From a virus (taxonomy: Duplodnaviria; Caudoviricetes), in IMG/VR virus record IMGVR_UViG_3300017910_000452, positions 1 to 28,588 of that record: a stretch of 28,588 nucleotides of DNA, one strand, 5' to 3'. The number at the start of each line of letters is the position of its first letter. Position 1 is the stretch's first letter. Below, piece by piece: positions 5,183 to 14,933 of this stretch. The notes below the pieces were generated by a model. That model made no database searches. It worked only from the letters and a program-made list of their open reading frames with translations, and was not told the origin of the DNA. Position numbers and translations under genes: made by a program.

Positions 5183-7357
5183 ATGGCTATTATTTATTCA
5201 TACCCGTACGTAAGCACGGTAAATAACTCAGATACACTAGTAATAAGCGTGTCAGATACTACAGCAGACAACGGGTTTTTAACTAAAAGCCTTACTGCAG
5301 ACAATTTAGCATCGTATGTGACAGCTCGCGTTAATCTAAACTTCTTAGGAGACACTGGCACGGGCATTGTAAATCTTGATACACAAAACTTAAGTATTAC
5401 AGGTACTGCAAATGAGATAGAAACAGCAGCAAGCAGTCAAACTCTACAAATCGGACTGCCAGACAGCGTAACAATAACAGATGATTTAACAGTAGGACAA
5501 GGTGTTAGCGGTAGTATCACCGTTGGAGATAGCGGTTCTCAAAGCTCGATAGCAGGTTTTTTAAATTTAGACGAAGTATTTGTTAATGACATGCTAGAAG
5601 TAGATGGTGACACTATACTTAACAACGATCTTGATGTAAGTGGTAACGCTGAAATTGGCGGGTCACTAAACATGACATTAAGTAGAATTAACAATGTTCT
5701 TAATCCTACTCAACCTCAAGATGCTGCAACAAAACAATATGTTGATACAGCTGTAACTGGTTTACTAGAATTTAAAGGTACATTTAGAGCTGACAGTGGT
5801 TTAATACTTTCTGGTACAAACGCCGGCGCTTACATATACAATTGCCCAGGTGGTGCAGGTACAAGAGTTGCTATTGCTATAGGTGATTATTACATCGTAG
5901 CAAACACTGGCGGCCAATTTTATTGTTCAGGTGATTTGTTACAAGTAGGAGATTCTATAGTAGCTTCTCAAGATGCAGCTGCTGATAGTTCAACAGTAAA
6001 CGACTGGGGAATATTAGAGGGTAATAATGTAGAAGGTACAGGTCTTGCTAACACAATACCGCTTTGGACAGACAGCCAAGTTCTTGGTGATAGTAATATT
6101 ACTCAAAATCCTGGTGGATCAATTACAATATCAGAAAATCTATTAGTTGATCAAAAAGAAATTGAAGCTGGCACAATGATTATTAACGGTGTTGCTGAAA
6201 TAACTGGTGAACTTGATAAAGCAAATTCCAAAATAATAGGTTTAGCAGATCCTACTGCAGCTCAAGATGCAGCTACAAAAGCTTACGTTGATGCTTCTGG
6301 TGTAAATGGAACCGGCACAACTAACACTTTGCCAGTATGGTCAGATGGGCCGGCGGGCGCTTTAAGTGATTCAGCTGTAACTCAAATAGTAGATGGCGGC
6401 GGTAATGTTACTGGAGTTAGAATATTTAATCTTCCTGGAAATAATTACTTTTTTGGAGGAAATGAATTTTCTTCTAGTGATTTTAATTTTAAATCAAACG
6501 GGCTTAGTGGTGGTTTTTATAGATCAGGTAATTTTAGATTTGAAAACAACTTAGCTGTCGGTAGAACAAACGATCCATTAATTGCAAGATTAGATGTAGG
6601 AACTTCAGCAGATTCTATACCAGCCGCTTTTTTTAGAAACGGTGTTGTAGTATCAAATAATCCAGCAGGTGTTCAAGTTGATAACACATCGATGGTAATT
6701 GGTGCTGGTAATAACGATAACGTTACAGGTTCTGATCACTGTTTGATTGTAGGTAGTGGTAACCAAATTACTAGTAACTCAGATCAATCAGTTGCTTTTG
6801 GACAAGGAAACACTATAACAAGTTCAATTGATTCTTTAGCTGTAGGTAATAGTAATACCATAAGCTCCGCGCAAAGAACATATGCGTTAGGTTTTAGTAA
6901 CGATATTTCGTCAGCGTCCAGTTTTGTAGCTGGTGGCGATAACACAGTAGGTAGCGGAAACACAAAAATAGTACTTGGTTATAACAACTCGTCAACTGGT
7001 AACGATACTTTTGTTATTGGTAACGAACTAACTGGCGCTGATGGAACTATGGTGTTAGGATATAGAAATCGCCCAGCAGATTATCCAACTCCTGATAAAA
7101 ATCAAGGTTTAGGTGAAACTAAACTTGTAATAGCAGTTGGATCTGGCACCAACGCTCCAGCAAAAAATAACGCAATTATAATAACTGAAGGTGGTGTTAA
7201 TGGTGGTAATAGCGGAACTGTGCCACAAGTACCAAGAGTTATATTACCAACAGTAGTAGATTTTAATTTTGCAGATGATACAGCTGCTGCTGCTGGTGGT
7301 ATACCAGTTGGTGGTTTATACCATAACGCTGGAGCATTAAGAATAAGACTTACGTAA
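5183..7357 (+). CDS. Tail fibre/spike-like virion protein
   Basis: 724 aa, G/T/S/N-rich. It has two 'PT..QDAATK.YVD' and two 'GTG..NT.P.W' motifs, and C-terminal 'G..N' repeats like trimeric adhesin beta-roll heads. Confidence 0.7.
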   Translation: MAIIYSYPYVSTVNNSDTLVISVSDTTADNGFLTKSLTADNLASYVTARVNLNFLGDTGTGIVNLDTQNLSITGTANEIETAASSQTLQIGLPDSVTITDDLTVGQGVSGSITVGDSGSQSSIAGFLNLDEVFVNDMLEVDGDTILNNDLDVSGNAEIGGSLNMTLSRINNVLNPTQPQDAATKQYVDTAVTGLLEFKGTFRADSGLILSGTNAGAYIYNCPGGAGTRVAIAIGDYYIVANTGGQFYCSGDLLQVGDSIVASQDAAADSSTVNDWGILEGNNVEGTGLANTIPLWTDSQVLGDSNITQNPGGSITISENLLVDQKEIEAGTMIINGVAEITGELDKANSKIIGLADPTAAQDAATKAYVDASGVNGTGTTNTLPVWSDGPAGALSDSAVTQIVDGGGNVTGVRIFNLPGNNYFFGGNEFSSSDFNFKSNGLSGGFYRSGNFRFENNLAVGRTNDPLIARLDVGTSADSIPAAFFRNGVVVSNNPAGVQVDNTSMVIGAGNNDNVTGSDHCLIVGSGNQITSNSDQSVAFGQGNTITSSIDSLAVGNSNTISSAQRTYALGFSNDISSASSFVAGGDNTVGSGNTKIVLGYNNSSTGNDTFVIGNELTGADGTMVLGYRNRPADYPTPDKNQGLGETKLVIAVGSGTNAPAKNNAIIITEGGVNGGNSGTVPQVPRVILPTVVDFNFADDTAAAAGGIPVGGLYHNAGALRIRLT

Positions 7358-7439
7358 AAATCACTGAAACCAAGTGATATATAAGATATACCCTGCTCGG
7401 GAAAGAGCAACCAAATAAACTAACATAAAACCAAAACCA

Positions 7440-7724
7440 ATGACACTATATTACAAGACTAGCACGTGGAGTAGTCAACCACAAATATCCGAAGACCAAA
7501 TAAACTTTTGGAAGCATATCGCTGATAAAACTAATTGGCGAATAGTACAACTACCAAATGGATATTTTCAAACCGAATACAAAGATCAAGATGGCGCGTG
7601 GCAAGATGTCACTCGTAGAGAAACTATGGATGGTGCCGAAACTGCTATAGATGGTAGCATAGAGCACTACACTAAAAAGCTTGAATTTGTAAAAGGTCCT
7701 AAGGTAGTTAAAACCTTTGAATAA
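7440..7724 (+). CDS. Hypothetical protein upstream of groEL
   Basis: 94-aa ORF with an A/C-rich leader. Confidence 0.8.
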   Translation: MTLYYKTSTWSSQPQISEDQINFWKHIADKTNWRIVQLPNGYFQTEYKDQDGAWQDVTRRETMDGAETAIDGSIEHYTKKLEFVKGPKVVKTFE

Positions 7725-7756
7725 TATTATACAATCAAATTAAATTTAATTAAATT

Positions 7757-9313
7757 ATGTCAGACAAAATTGTCAAAAACCTTAACTTTGGGGAAGACGC
7801 AAAGAATAAGGTGTTTAAAGGTATAGAAAAACTCACAAAAGCTGTTAGCTCCACACTTGGAGCTAGCGGCCAATGTGTTATTTTAGAAGACGATCAGGGT
7901 AAACCTGTCATTACAAAAGACGGTGTAACTGTTGCAAACAGTATTATACTGCTAGACCCGGTAGAAAATATGGGTGCTACGCTTTTAAAAGAAGCTGCTA
8001 GAAAAACTGTGCAAGAAGCTGGCGATGGAACGACAACAGCTACAGTACTAGCGCACTCAATTTTAACAGAGGCCTATAAAAATTTAGATAAAGATAATAC
8101 CCGTAACATTAAAGAAGGTATAAATAAAGCCGTTAATAATGTTATTAAATACCTAGAGAAAAAAGCAATACCAGTTGAAGGTACTATGCTTGATGATGTT
8201 GCTACAATTAGTTGTAACAATGATAAAGAACTAGGTAAAATAATAGGGGAAGCGTTTAAAGCTGCTGGTGAAAACGGTGTTGTTGTAATGGAGCCAACAA
8301 CCGAAGATACTACAGAGCTTGAGTTAGTTGACGGCGTTCAATACGAGAAAGGTTTAACTAACTCACATTTTGTAACAAGCAAAGATAAGCGAGTAGCTGA
8401 GCTTGATAATCCATTAGTATTACTACTTGAGTCACCTGTAGAGTCTGTACGTAAGATACAGTCGGTGCTAGAGTATGTAATTAAAAATAAAAAACCTTTA
8501 CTTATTATTGGTGATTTAGAAACTGAAGTGTTAGCAACGCTAGCAATGAATAGAGTTAAAGGTAATATAAAAGTTAATGTAGTAAACGCGCCTACATACG
8601 GTATAAATAAGAAAGATATGCTTTCTGATTTAGCCACACTTACTGGCGCTACTGTTGTTAACGAAGATCTTGGTGATGACTTAGATGTTATCAACCCTGA
8701 TTTTTTAGGTACGTGCTATAAAAGTATTACCAATGACACAGAAACTATATTACAAGTAGATACATCTACTGATGAAATAAAAGAATTAATTAGTTCAGTA
8801 AAAGATTTAATAGCTAAAGCTAAAGCACCGGGTGAAGTTATACGTCTTGAAAAACGTTTAGCTAGACTTTCAGGTAAAGTGTCGGTTGTAAAAGTTGGAG
8901 CAAATTCAGAGATTGAATTAAAAGAAAAATCGGATAGGGTCGAAGATGCTATCTGTGCTACTAAAGCCGCGGTAAAAGAAGGTATAGTATCAGGAGGTGG
9001 TATAGCCTTGCTCGATGCATCTAATAAAACCAAAGCCAAGAGCGTTGGTGAAAAGATTCTTCTTGAAGCTATTAAAGCACCGTTTAAAACTATACTAAAT
9101 AATGCTGGACTGGAAGAGGTTGGTACGCCCGAAGAAGGTATGGGTGTTAATGTAATTACAGGTGATATTGTAAATATGATTGATAAAGGTATTATTGATC
9201 CTTTGCTTGTAACTAAAAGCGCACTCAAACACGCGGCTTCAGTGGCTACCACTATATTGTCTACAGATTGTGTAATCAATAATTTAAGAGTTGGTGATGA
9301 AAGCAATAGGTAG
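7757..9313 (+). CDS. groEL: Phage-encoded group I chaperonin GroEL
   Basis: Motifs [52 protein letters not shown] and GIIDP..V.KSAL. Confidence 0.97.
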   Translation: MSDKIVKNLNFGEDAKNKVFKGIEKLTKAVSSTLGASGQCVILEDDQGKPVITKDGVTVANSIILLDPVENMGATLLKEAARKTVQEAGDGTTTATVLAHSILTEAYKNLDKDNTRNIKEGINKAVNNVIKYLEKKAIPVEGTMLDDVATISCNNDKELGKIIGEAFKAAGENGVVVMEPTTEDTTELELVDGVQYEKGLTNSHFVTSKDKRVAELDNPLVLLLESPVESVRKIQSVLEYVIKNKKPLLIIGDLETEVLATLAMNRVKGNIKVNVVNAPTYGINKKDMLSDLATLTGATVVNEDLGDDLDVINPDFLGTCYKSITNDTETILQVDTSTDEIKELISSVKDLIAKAKAPGEVIRLEKRLARLSGKVSVVKVGANSEIELKEKSDRVEDAICATKAAVKEGIVSGGGIALLDASNKTKAKSVGEKILLEAIKAPFKTILNNAGLEEVGTPEEGMGVNVITGDIVNMIDKGIIDPLLVTKSALKHAASVATTILSTDCVINNLRVGDESNR

Positions 9314-9560
9314 AAATATAATTATAAAAAAGAAAAAAGAAGATACCGTTAAAAAAACAGACGGTGGTCTTATGTTAACTGGCAAACAGCGAGTTGATGT
9401 ACGTTACAAAGAAGCAACTGTACTTCATTGTGGTGATGATGTTAAAGGTATAGAAGAAGGTAAAACTATATTCTACGATAAAAACGCAAGTCATCGTCTT
9501 GAAGTTGGTAAAGAAGTTTTCCATGTTATACGTGATATTGATGTAGTTGTTATATTATGA
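9297..9560 (+). CDS. groES: Co-chaperonin GroES
   Basis: [10 protein letters not shown]...KKTDGGLML (mobile loop)...V...G..V..I.EG..I.Y...VIRDIDVVVIL. It overlaps the groEL stop; ATG at 9297. Confidence 0.85.
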   Translation: MKAIGRNIIIKKKKEDTVKKTDGGLMLTGKQRVDVRYKEATVLHCGDDVKGIEEGKTIFYDKNASHRLEVGKEVFHVIRDIDVVVIL

Positions 9561-10000
9561 AGTTAGACGCTGGTGACATTAGGGATTTAAATCTTCTTAA
9601 ACACTATCGTATAATACGTAAGTGGGCTTGCAAAAACAACGATCTTAACGATGCAGAGCTGGAACTGTTAATATACTTAGACTGCATGGATATGTTTACA
9701 CGTAAAGATTTTGAAGAAGGTACATATTCTTTTAGTTGGGATAATAGGCGTTGGAACAAGCTTTTACAAAACGACTGGATTACACTTTGGAGAAAGTATA
9801 ATAGGACTACACAAAAGTATAATATATACAAAGTATCTTTTAAAGGTAAACAGTTAATATCACGCATGTATAGAATTATGCTAGGTGAAGAAGATATACC
9901 TACTAGCACCAGACGTAATAGCATAATGAAAGGCAAGACCTATAGCGATAAAGTTTTGTCATTTGCTATTAATAAAGTCAATAAAGATAAAAATAGATAA
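9557..10000 (+). CDS. Putative winged-helix (MarR-like) DNA-binding protein
   Basis: 'L.DAELELLIYL...' helix and 'YKVSFKGKQLI' wing-end pattern. ATGA coupling to groES. Confidence 0.5.
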   Translation: MKLDAGDIRDLNLLKHYRIIRKWACKNNDLNDAELELLIYLDCMDMFTRKDFEEGTYSFSWDNRRWNKLLQNDWITLWRKYNRTTQKYNIYKVSFKGKQLISRMYRIMLGEEDIPTSTRRNSIMKGKTYSDKVLSFAINKVNKDKNR

Positions 10001-10002
10001 TT

Positions 10003-10884
10003 ATGCCAAAAAATAATTCAAAGACTCCAACAAGACAGTCTTTTACATTTACAGATCCAACTGCTGGTAAAGATTATAGCCTTGACCAAGGTTCCAAAGG
10101 ATTTAAAAGATTTTCTGGAGACTACGGGACCAGTGCTGGTATTCAAGATATGAGAATTAATCTTCCATCAATGCCAGAAGGTAGTGGCGTGTCTACTTCA
10201 GTAGATGGTATATCACCAACAAGTAGTGGCACTGATTACCGAACTGAAGCACAGAAAGTAAGACAAAAAATGCGAGCTGAAAGAGTTCAAAAAAGACAAG
10301 AACTTAGAAACAAAAAGCAAGCAGCAAGAATAGAAAAGCGTACAAAAAAGTTTGAAGATAAAAACTCACCAGTTAATTTTATGGGTTTAGGAAACGCTTT
10401 AGCTGGTGTAGGTAGTGTAATAGGTAGCAACACAGTTGGTGTTGCAACTGATCCATCAACACAAGCTTTACAAAACAAAGGCGGTGTATTAGCCAATGCC
10501 GCTTTAGCCGCGCAGCGAGCCGTACAACCAACTCAAGCTCAACAAGCTGCTGCTGCTAGCGCTGCCGCAGGAGGAGCAATGGGAACTGAAGGCCAAAACC
10601 CCACGGGTGGTAGTGTAATGCCTGCTGGTGGTGGTAAATTTCAATTAACACCTGTTGCTATGTCATACGACCCGCCACTACAAGCAAACGAAAAAGGTGG
10701 TAAAAAATCTGTATTTAATATGAATACTAGAGGTATGGCTGAAAGTGCTTTTGGTACACCAGCAATGAGGCAAGCTTCTGTTGGAGCACCGTTTCAAGTT
10801 AGTGAAGCTCAAATGAAAGCGTTTGGACCAGGAGGGTCGCACGAAAACCCAGAGTTATTAGCTGCAATAAAAAAAAATGATTAA
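10003..10884 (+). CDS. Low-complexity A/G/Q-rich protein, possible internal virion protein
   Basis: 293 aa with a basic coiled coil and an Ala/Gln-rich segment. Confidence 0.6.
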   Translation: MPKNNSKTPTRQSFTFTDPTAGKDYSLDQGSKGFKRFSGDYGTSAGIQDMRINLPSMPEGSGVSTSVDGISPTSSGTDYRTEAQKVRQKMRAERVQKRQELRNKKQAARIEKRTKKFEDKNSPVNFMGLGNALAGVGSVIGSNTVGVATDPSTQALQNKGGVLANAALAAQRAVQPTQAQQAAAASAAAGGAMGTEGQNPTGGSVMPAGGGKFQLTPVAMSYDPPLQANEKGGKKSVFNMNTRGMAESAFGTPAMRQASVGAPFQVSEAQMKAFGPGGSHENPELLAAIKKND

Positions 10885-10894
10885 ATAAACAATT

Positions 10895-11098
10895 ATGGAT
10901 CACAATATAAAAAAATTAATAACAAAACCTAATCTTGAAGGACAAGTTGGTGAAAATGCTATTTGGGAAGGTCCATTAGACACTAGCGGGTTTCCAATGT
11001 CACCAGGTAGTAGTTCTGGTATTACTGGAATGAAACTTAAAATGGCTAAATGTAGCTATACACCAGGACCAATAACTAAAAAAGCTCAAGGTGTCTAA
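10895..11098 (+). CDS. Hypothetical protein
   Basis: 67-aa ORF in the plus-strand operon. Confidence 0.7.
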   Translation: MDHNIKKLITKPNLEGQVGENAIWEGPLDTSGFPMSPGSSSGITGMKLKMAKCSYTPGPITKKAQGV

Positions 11099-11363
11099 AG
11101 TAGACAAAAAAACTCTTAAGTGCAATAAGCCCAGAAGAACTCCTAGTCACCCTAAAAAGTCTCATATAGTAAAAGCTTGTCAGGGTGGTAAAGAAAAAAT
11201 TATACGCTTTGGCGAACAAGGAGCTAAAACAGCTGGTAAACCTAAAGCTGGCGAGTCAGACAAAATGAAAAAGAAACGTGCTAGCTTTAAAGCGCGTCAT
11301 GCAAAAAATATTAAAAAAGGTAAAATGTCTGCCGCTTACTGGGCTGACAAAGTAAAATGGTAA
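11091..11363 (+). CDS. Small basic conserved phage protein
   Basis: Pattern 'K.IRFG..G...R.SF.ARH....K.SAAYW..K..W', which I recall from marine phages. GTG start. Confidence 0.75.
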   Translation: MSKVDKKTLKCNKPRRTPSHPKKSHIVKACQGGKEKIIRFGEQGAKTAGKPKAGESDKMKKKRASFKARHAKNIKKGKMSAAYWADKVKW

Positions 11364-11863
11364 TTATGGAAAAAGGACACTTTGGCCAGTACACTGGCAA
11401 CGCAAGACACTCACGTACTCCAGTTACAAAACGTAACTATAGAGCTTCTGTAGCAGACGATGCTGCACATATTCACTACTTAGAAGAGGATATGAAGTAT
11501 GACAAAAAACATCACTCACCGTTTAAACAAATGGACGAAAGAGAAGGTGATACACAAACACAAGAACTAGATGAAGTTGTGGTAACGTTACCTGAAATGC
11601 ATAAAAGAAATTTAGGTATGTATGACCCAGGTGCGCCAAAATTTAAAAAAGGTATAAGTGGTAGATATCAATTTCGCAGCGCTTCTGGTGGTGTAGATCC
11701 TAATCCATCTAAAGCTTTCACTAGAGGTTTAGGTGATAGTGGTGTGCAAGGTGCTCCAGGCAGATCATTCACACAGGAAGAAGTTGAAGAAATACAAAAT
11801 AGGTATAATACTTACATTCAACCAAAAAAACAAGCACAAGCTTATTTTAAATCACAATCATGA
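11357..11863 (+). CDS. Hypothetical protein
   Basis: 168-aa ORF coupled to its neighbours. Confidence 0.7.
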   Translation: MVIMEKGHFGQYTGNARHSRTPVTKRNYRASVADDAAHIHYLEEDMKYDKKHHSPFKQMDEREGDTQTQELDEVVVTLPEMHKRNLGMYDPGAPKFKKGISGRYQFRSASGGVDPNPSKAFTRGLGDSGVQGAPGRSFTQEEVEEIQNRYNTYIQPKKQAQAYFKSQS

Positions 11864-12015
11864 AATCAAAAGGTTTAGGTGACGACATAGCTAAGTTTAC
11901 TAAAGCTACTGGTATTAAAACTATAGTAGATAAAGTATCTGAAGGTCTAAACATAAACTGTGGTTGCAACAACCGACAAGAGTGGTTTAACGAAAAATTT
12001 CCATATAGACACTAA
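11860..12015 (+). CDS. 51-aa conserved phage protein (MKSKGLGDDIAKFTKATGIKTIVDKVSEGLNINCGCNNRQEWFNEKFPYRH)
   Basis: Manual translation. ATGA/TAATG coupling on both sides, with a 'GLGD...GIK...CGC..R' motif. Confidence 0.8.
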   Translation: MKSKGLGDDIAKFTKATGIKTIVDKVSEGLNINCGCNNRQEWFNEKFPYRH

Positions 12016-12320
12016 TGGCATTTAAACTAACACCTCCGTTTCCAATAGACAACACTCCAATATATCAAGTTGATATGGAAGATGGTGTATTAGGTAAGGC
12101 TAACAATAATGGTACTATTATTATAAATGATAAAGTAGGACCGGATAAAATAGATGAAGTTATTGCTCACGAAAAAGTACACATTGCACAAATGCGTAGA
12201 GGTGATCTTGACTACGATGATGAAAACGTTTATTGGAAAGATAAAGTAATACCAAGATCTAGTATAAAAGAAGGCGCAAAAAATTTGCCGTGGGAAGCTG
12301 AAGCATATAGAAACGCGTAA
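12015..12320 (+). CDS. Minimal zincin-type metallopeptidase
   Basis: HEKVH (HEXXH) plus downstream PWEAEAY as the third-ligand motif. Confidence 0.75.
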   Translation: MAFKLTPPFPIDNTPIYQVDMEDGVLGKANNNGTIIINDKVGPDKIDEVIAHEKVHIAQMRRGDLDYDDENVYWKDKVIPRSSIKEGAKNLPWEAEAYRNA

Positions 12321-12526
12321 TGAAACCATCTAAGAAAGGATATTTAAGAAACAGCCCTGATGTTAACAAGCCAGTAAATAAGATACTAGGTAACAAAATA
12401 ACAATGAAAGGAGTTGACTTTAAGGTATTAGGTACTGACGATAGAGGTTACACTAAAATTATGTACCCAGGTTATGACTATACATTTCCTGGCGCTAAAC
12501 ACGTTATAGAAAAACGTTTAAAATAA
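12320..12526 (+). CDS. Hypothetical protein
   Basis: 68 aa, TAATG-coupled, containing an 'ITMKGV..V.G.D..G....M.PG.DY.FPG..V.E' segment. Confidence 0.75.
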   Translation: MKPSKKGYLRNSPDVNKPVNKILGNKITMKGVDFKVLGTDDRGYTKIMYPGYDYTFPGAKHVIEKRLK

Positions 12527-12536
12527 AAAAACTATT

Positions 12537-13103
12537 ATGCCATATAAAAAAGCTAAAAATCAAAAAACTCCATTAAATCAAAACGATTATAAAACTAATC
12601 TTCAAAAAATGTTATCAGGAATCGAAGTTCCTTATAGTACTGATTTAAGAGCTGTATATACTGGTGGTAATCCTCAGCATCAAAGAGACTTAACAAAAGC
12701 TGCTAGAGCTAGTGGAAAATTAATTGGAAAGTTAAAAGAAGATTTAATAGAATCTAATGCTAGACCTTTTACGCCAGAAGCTGAACAGGCTTTTGATGAA
12801 GCTTTAGAATCTTATTACTCAGAAGTTACACCTAGAACTATGGGTAATATTACAGATGTAACTTTTAAAAAATTACACAATATTAAGAATGCTATTACTT
12901 CTGCTGGTATTCAAGAAAACGTACAAGACATGAGCAGAGGTGTTTATCTTCCAGATGAAAGAAGTGGTAAAATTGAAGCTGATGTATTGCTAGAGCCAAT
13001 AGACGAAAGATCCGGTAATATTATAAAGGAAGGATCTGCGTTTATGCTTAAAGGTTCTACAGCTTACGATGAAAAAAATAAAACTAAAAAACAAACAAAA
13101 TAG
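12537..13103 (+). CDS. Hypothetical protein
   Basis: 188-aa ORF. Confidence 0.75.
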   Translation: MPYKKAKNQKTPLNQNDYKTNLQKMLSGIEVPYSTDLRAVYTGGNPQHQRDLTKAARASGKLIGKLKEDLIESNARPFTPEAEQAFDEALESYYSEVTPRTMGNITDVTFKKLHNIKNAITSAGIQENVQDMSRGVYLPDERSGKIEADVLLEPIDERSGNIIKEGSAFMLKGSTAYDEKNKTKKQTK

Positions 13104-13138
13104 GTGATAATATTAGTATAACAATTTAATCTAATATT

Positions 13139-13510
13139 ATGAAAAAACTATTTTTAGCACTATTATTTAATTTAATTACATTAACAGCTTTTAGCCAAGA
13201 CAATTTTGCGGGTTGGTGGGAAAGCAAAACATCTAAATACATTACAATGATTTACGTAGGAGACTACGGCGTATCACAGGTTGTTAACTACAACCCTTGG
13301 AATGAAGATGTTATAGAAGAAAGAATAATCAAAAGAAATAAAGACACATTCGTAACACACTTGTTTAACAAGCGTAATGGTTATTCAGTAAAAGTAAAGT
13401 ATAAACTAAAAGATAAAAATAACTTAATATGTAAGTTTACTGGTGATTTAAAAAGAACAGTACATCTTACTAGGTATAAGTTTGATTTAAATAATAAACT
13501 AAAAACATAA
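13139..13510 (+). CDS. Secreted/periplasmic protein with Sec signal peptide
   Basis: MKKLFLALLFNLITLTAFS-QD signal peptide followed by a beta-rich mature domain starting with F.G.W. Confidence 0.7.
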   Translation: MKKLFLALLFNLITLTAFSQDNFAGWWESKTSKYITMIYVGDYGVSQVVNYNPWNEDVIEERIIKRNKDTFVTHLFNKRNGYSVKVKYKLKDKNNLICKFTGDLKRTVHLTRYKFDLNNKLKT

Positions 13511-13514
13511 AACA

Positions 13515-14018
13515 ATGCCGTATTCACCAATGCACAAACATTGCATCCAAATGAAAGATCATAAAGGTAAAACTACCGGGCTTATGATGGAAGGTTCTGC
13601 AATGCACATGTCAATGCTCCACAAGGAGACAGACAAACAAGAGAAAAAAGATTTAATGAAAGATATGCCAGTTGATGATAAAGCATCAGCTATAGAAATG
13701 TCACCGTATAAAATGGACCACGGTTCACCAGCGGAATTTACTGGCATGAGTGGAGGTTCAGCTTTACATCAAGATGCTGATCTTAGCGATATTGCTAATA
13801 GTCTTTTTGGTACGAAAAAACTTTCAAAAGCTCAAGCTGAAAAAATAAAAAAACAGGTAGAAGGAAATCCTATGGCTAAAGATACTTTACCAAAAAATAC
13901 ACCTAAGAAAGAACCTACACAAACATTTAGTGGTTTTGGTCAAGTTGACGCTCCAGAAAATACCAAGCAAGAAAAAATAAAAAATCTTGTAAAGTCTGGG
14001 GGTATGAAAAAAGGCTAA
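13515..14018 (+). CDS. Met/Lys-rich hypothetical protein
   Basis: 167-aa low-complexity ORF. Confidence 0.7.
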   Translation: MPYSPMHKHCIQMKDHKGKTTGLMMEGSAMHMSMLHKETDKQEKKDLMKDMPVDDKASAIEMSPYKMDHGSPAEFTGMSGGSALHQDADLSDIANSLFGTKKLSKAQAEKIKKQVEGNPMAKDTLPKNTPKKEPTQTFSGFGQVDAPENTKQEKIKNLVKSGGMKKG

Positions 14019-14029
14019 ATTAAAAAAAA

Positions 14030-14425
14030 ATGAAAAAACTTTTAAGTCTTTTAACTGGCGGTTTAATTAAAGACGTAGGTAATGTAATAGATAAACTTAC
14101 AACTACAGACGAAGAAAGATTAGCTGCTAAACAAAAGATTCAAGAGTTATTAGAGAAAGCAGATCAAGATGCGCAGACTCAAATAAGCGAGCGTTGGAAG
14201 CTTGATATGCAATCAGATTCATTTTTATCAAAGAATATCCGCCCGCTAGTGTTAATATATCTTACTGTTATATTTACGGCATTAGCATTTTTCGATGGTA
14301 ACATTGGTGGGTTCAAAGTGGCTGAGGAGTATATCCCAATATTTCAGTCTCTATTAATTACAGTGTATGGCGCTTATTTTGTAGGTCGTACTTGGGAGAA
14401 ATCAAAAAAAAGTAAACAAGAATAA
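14030..14425 (+). CDS. Holin, 3TM (GTA-type) family
   Basis: 'RW..DM.SDS.LSKNIRP' motif, two TM segments, 'YF.GR..EK' and a basic tail. Confidence 0.8.
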   Translation: MKKLLSLLTGGLIKDVGNVIDKLTTTDEERLAAKQKIQELLEKADQDAQTQISERWKLDMQSDSFLSKNIRPLVLIYLTVIFTALAFFDGNIGGFKVAEEYIPIFQSLLITVYGAYFVGRTWEKSKKSKQE

Positions 14426-14436
14426 AATTAAATTAA

Positions 14437-14706
14437 ATGTCAAAATCAATTACAGCTGAAGAGCTTAAACAAATTAAAGATCAACAAACAGAGTTAGGTC
14501 AAGTAGTAAATCAAATAGGTCAATTAGAAGCAAATAAACACGCGTTACTTCATAAAATTGCTGGTATTAATGAAGGTATTGAAGATACTAAAAAGCAATT
14601 AGAAGAAAAGTATGGATCTATTAATATTGATTTAGAGACCGGCACTTACACTGAAATCGAAAAAGAAGATGATGGTGAGTTAAGTGTTGTTAAATCAGAA
14701 GACTAA
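14437..14706 (+). CDS. Coiled-coil hypothetical protein
   Basis: Heptad pattern ending 'LEEKYG.INIDL.TG'. Confidence 0.75.
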   Translation: MSKSITAEELKQIKDQQTELGQVVNQIGQLEANKHALLHKIAGINEGIEDTKKQLEEKYGSINIDLETGTYTEIEKEDDGELSVVKSED

Positions 14707-14933
14707 TGAGTACTGTTATAAGAAAAATCAGTATTGGTTCTGATTATAAGAATGATGCTATGCACTACGCGTTAGGTCAGCAAGTCTACGGTGGTCATGA
14801 GATATCACACATTCTGTTTGAAGACGAAGACGCTTCTTATAACATATTCATAAAGAAAAACAATGAGGTATTGCCATGGAAGAAATTTAATTCTAACATG
14901 GCTATATCCGTTGAATATGATTTAGAATATTAA
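14706..14933 (+). CDS. Hypothetical protein
   Basis: 75 aa, TAATG coupling on both sides. Confidence 0.8.
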   Translation: MSTVIRKISIGSDYKNDAMHYALGQQVYGGHEISHILFEDEDASYNIFIKKNNEVLPWKKFNSNMAISVEYDLEY

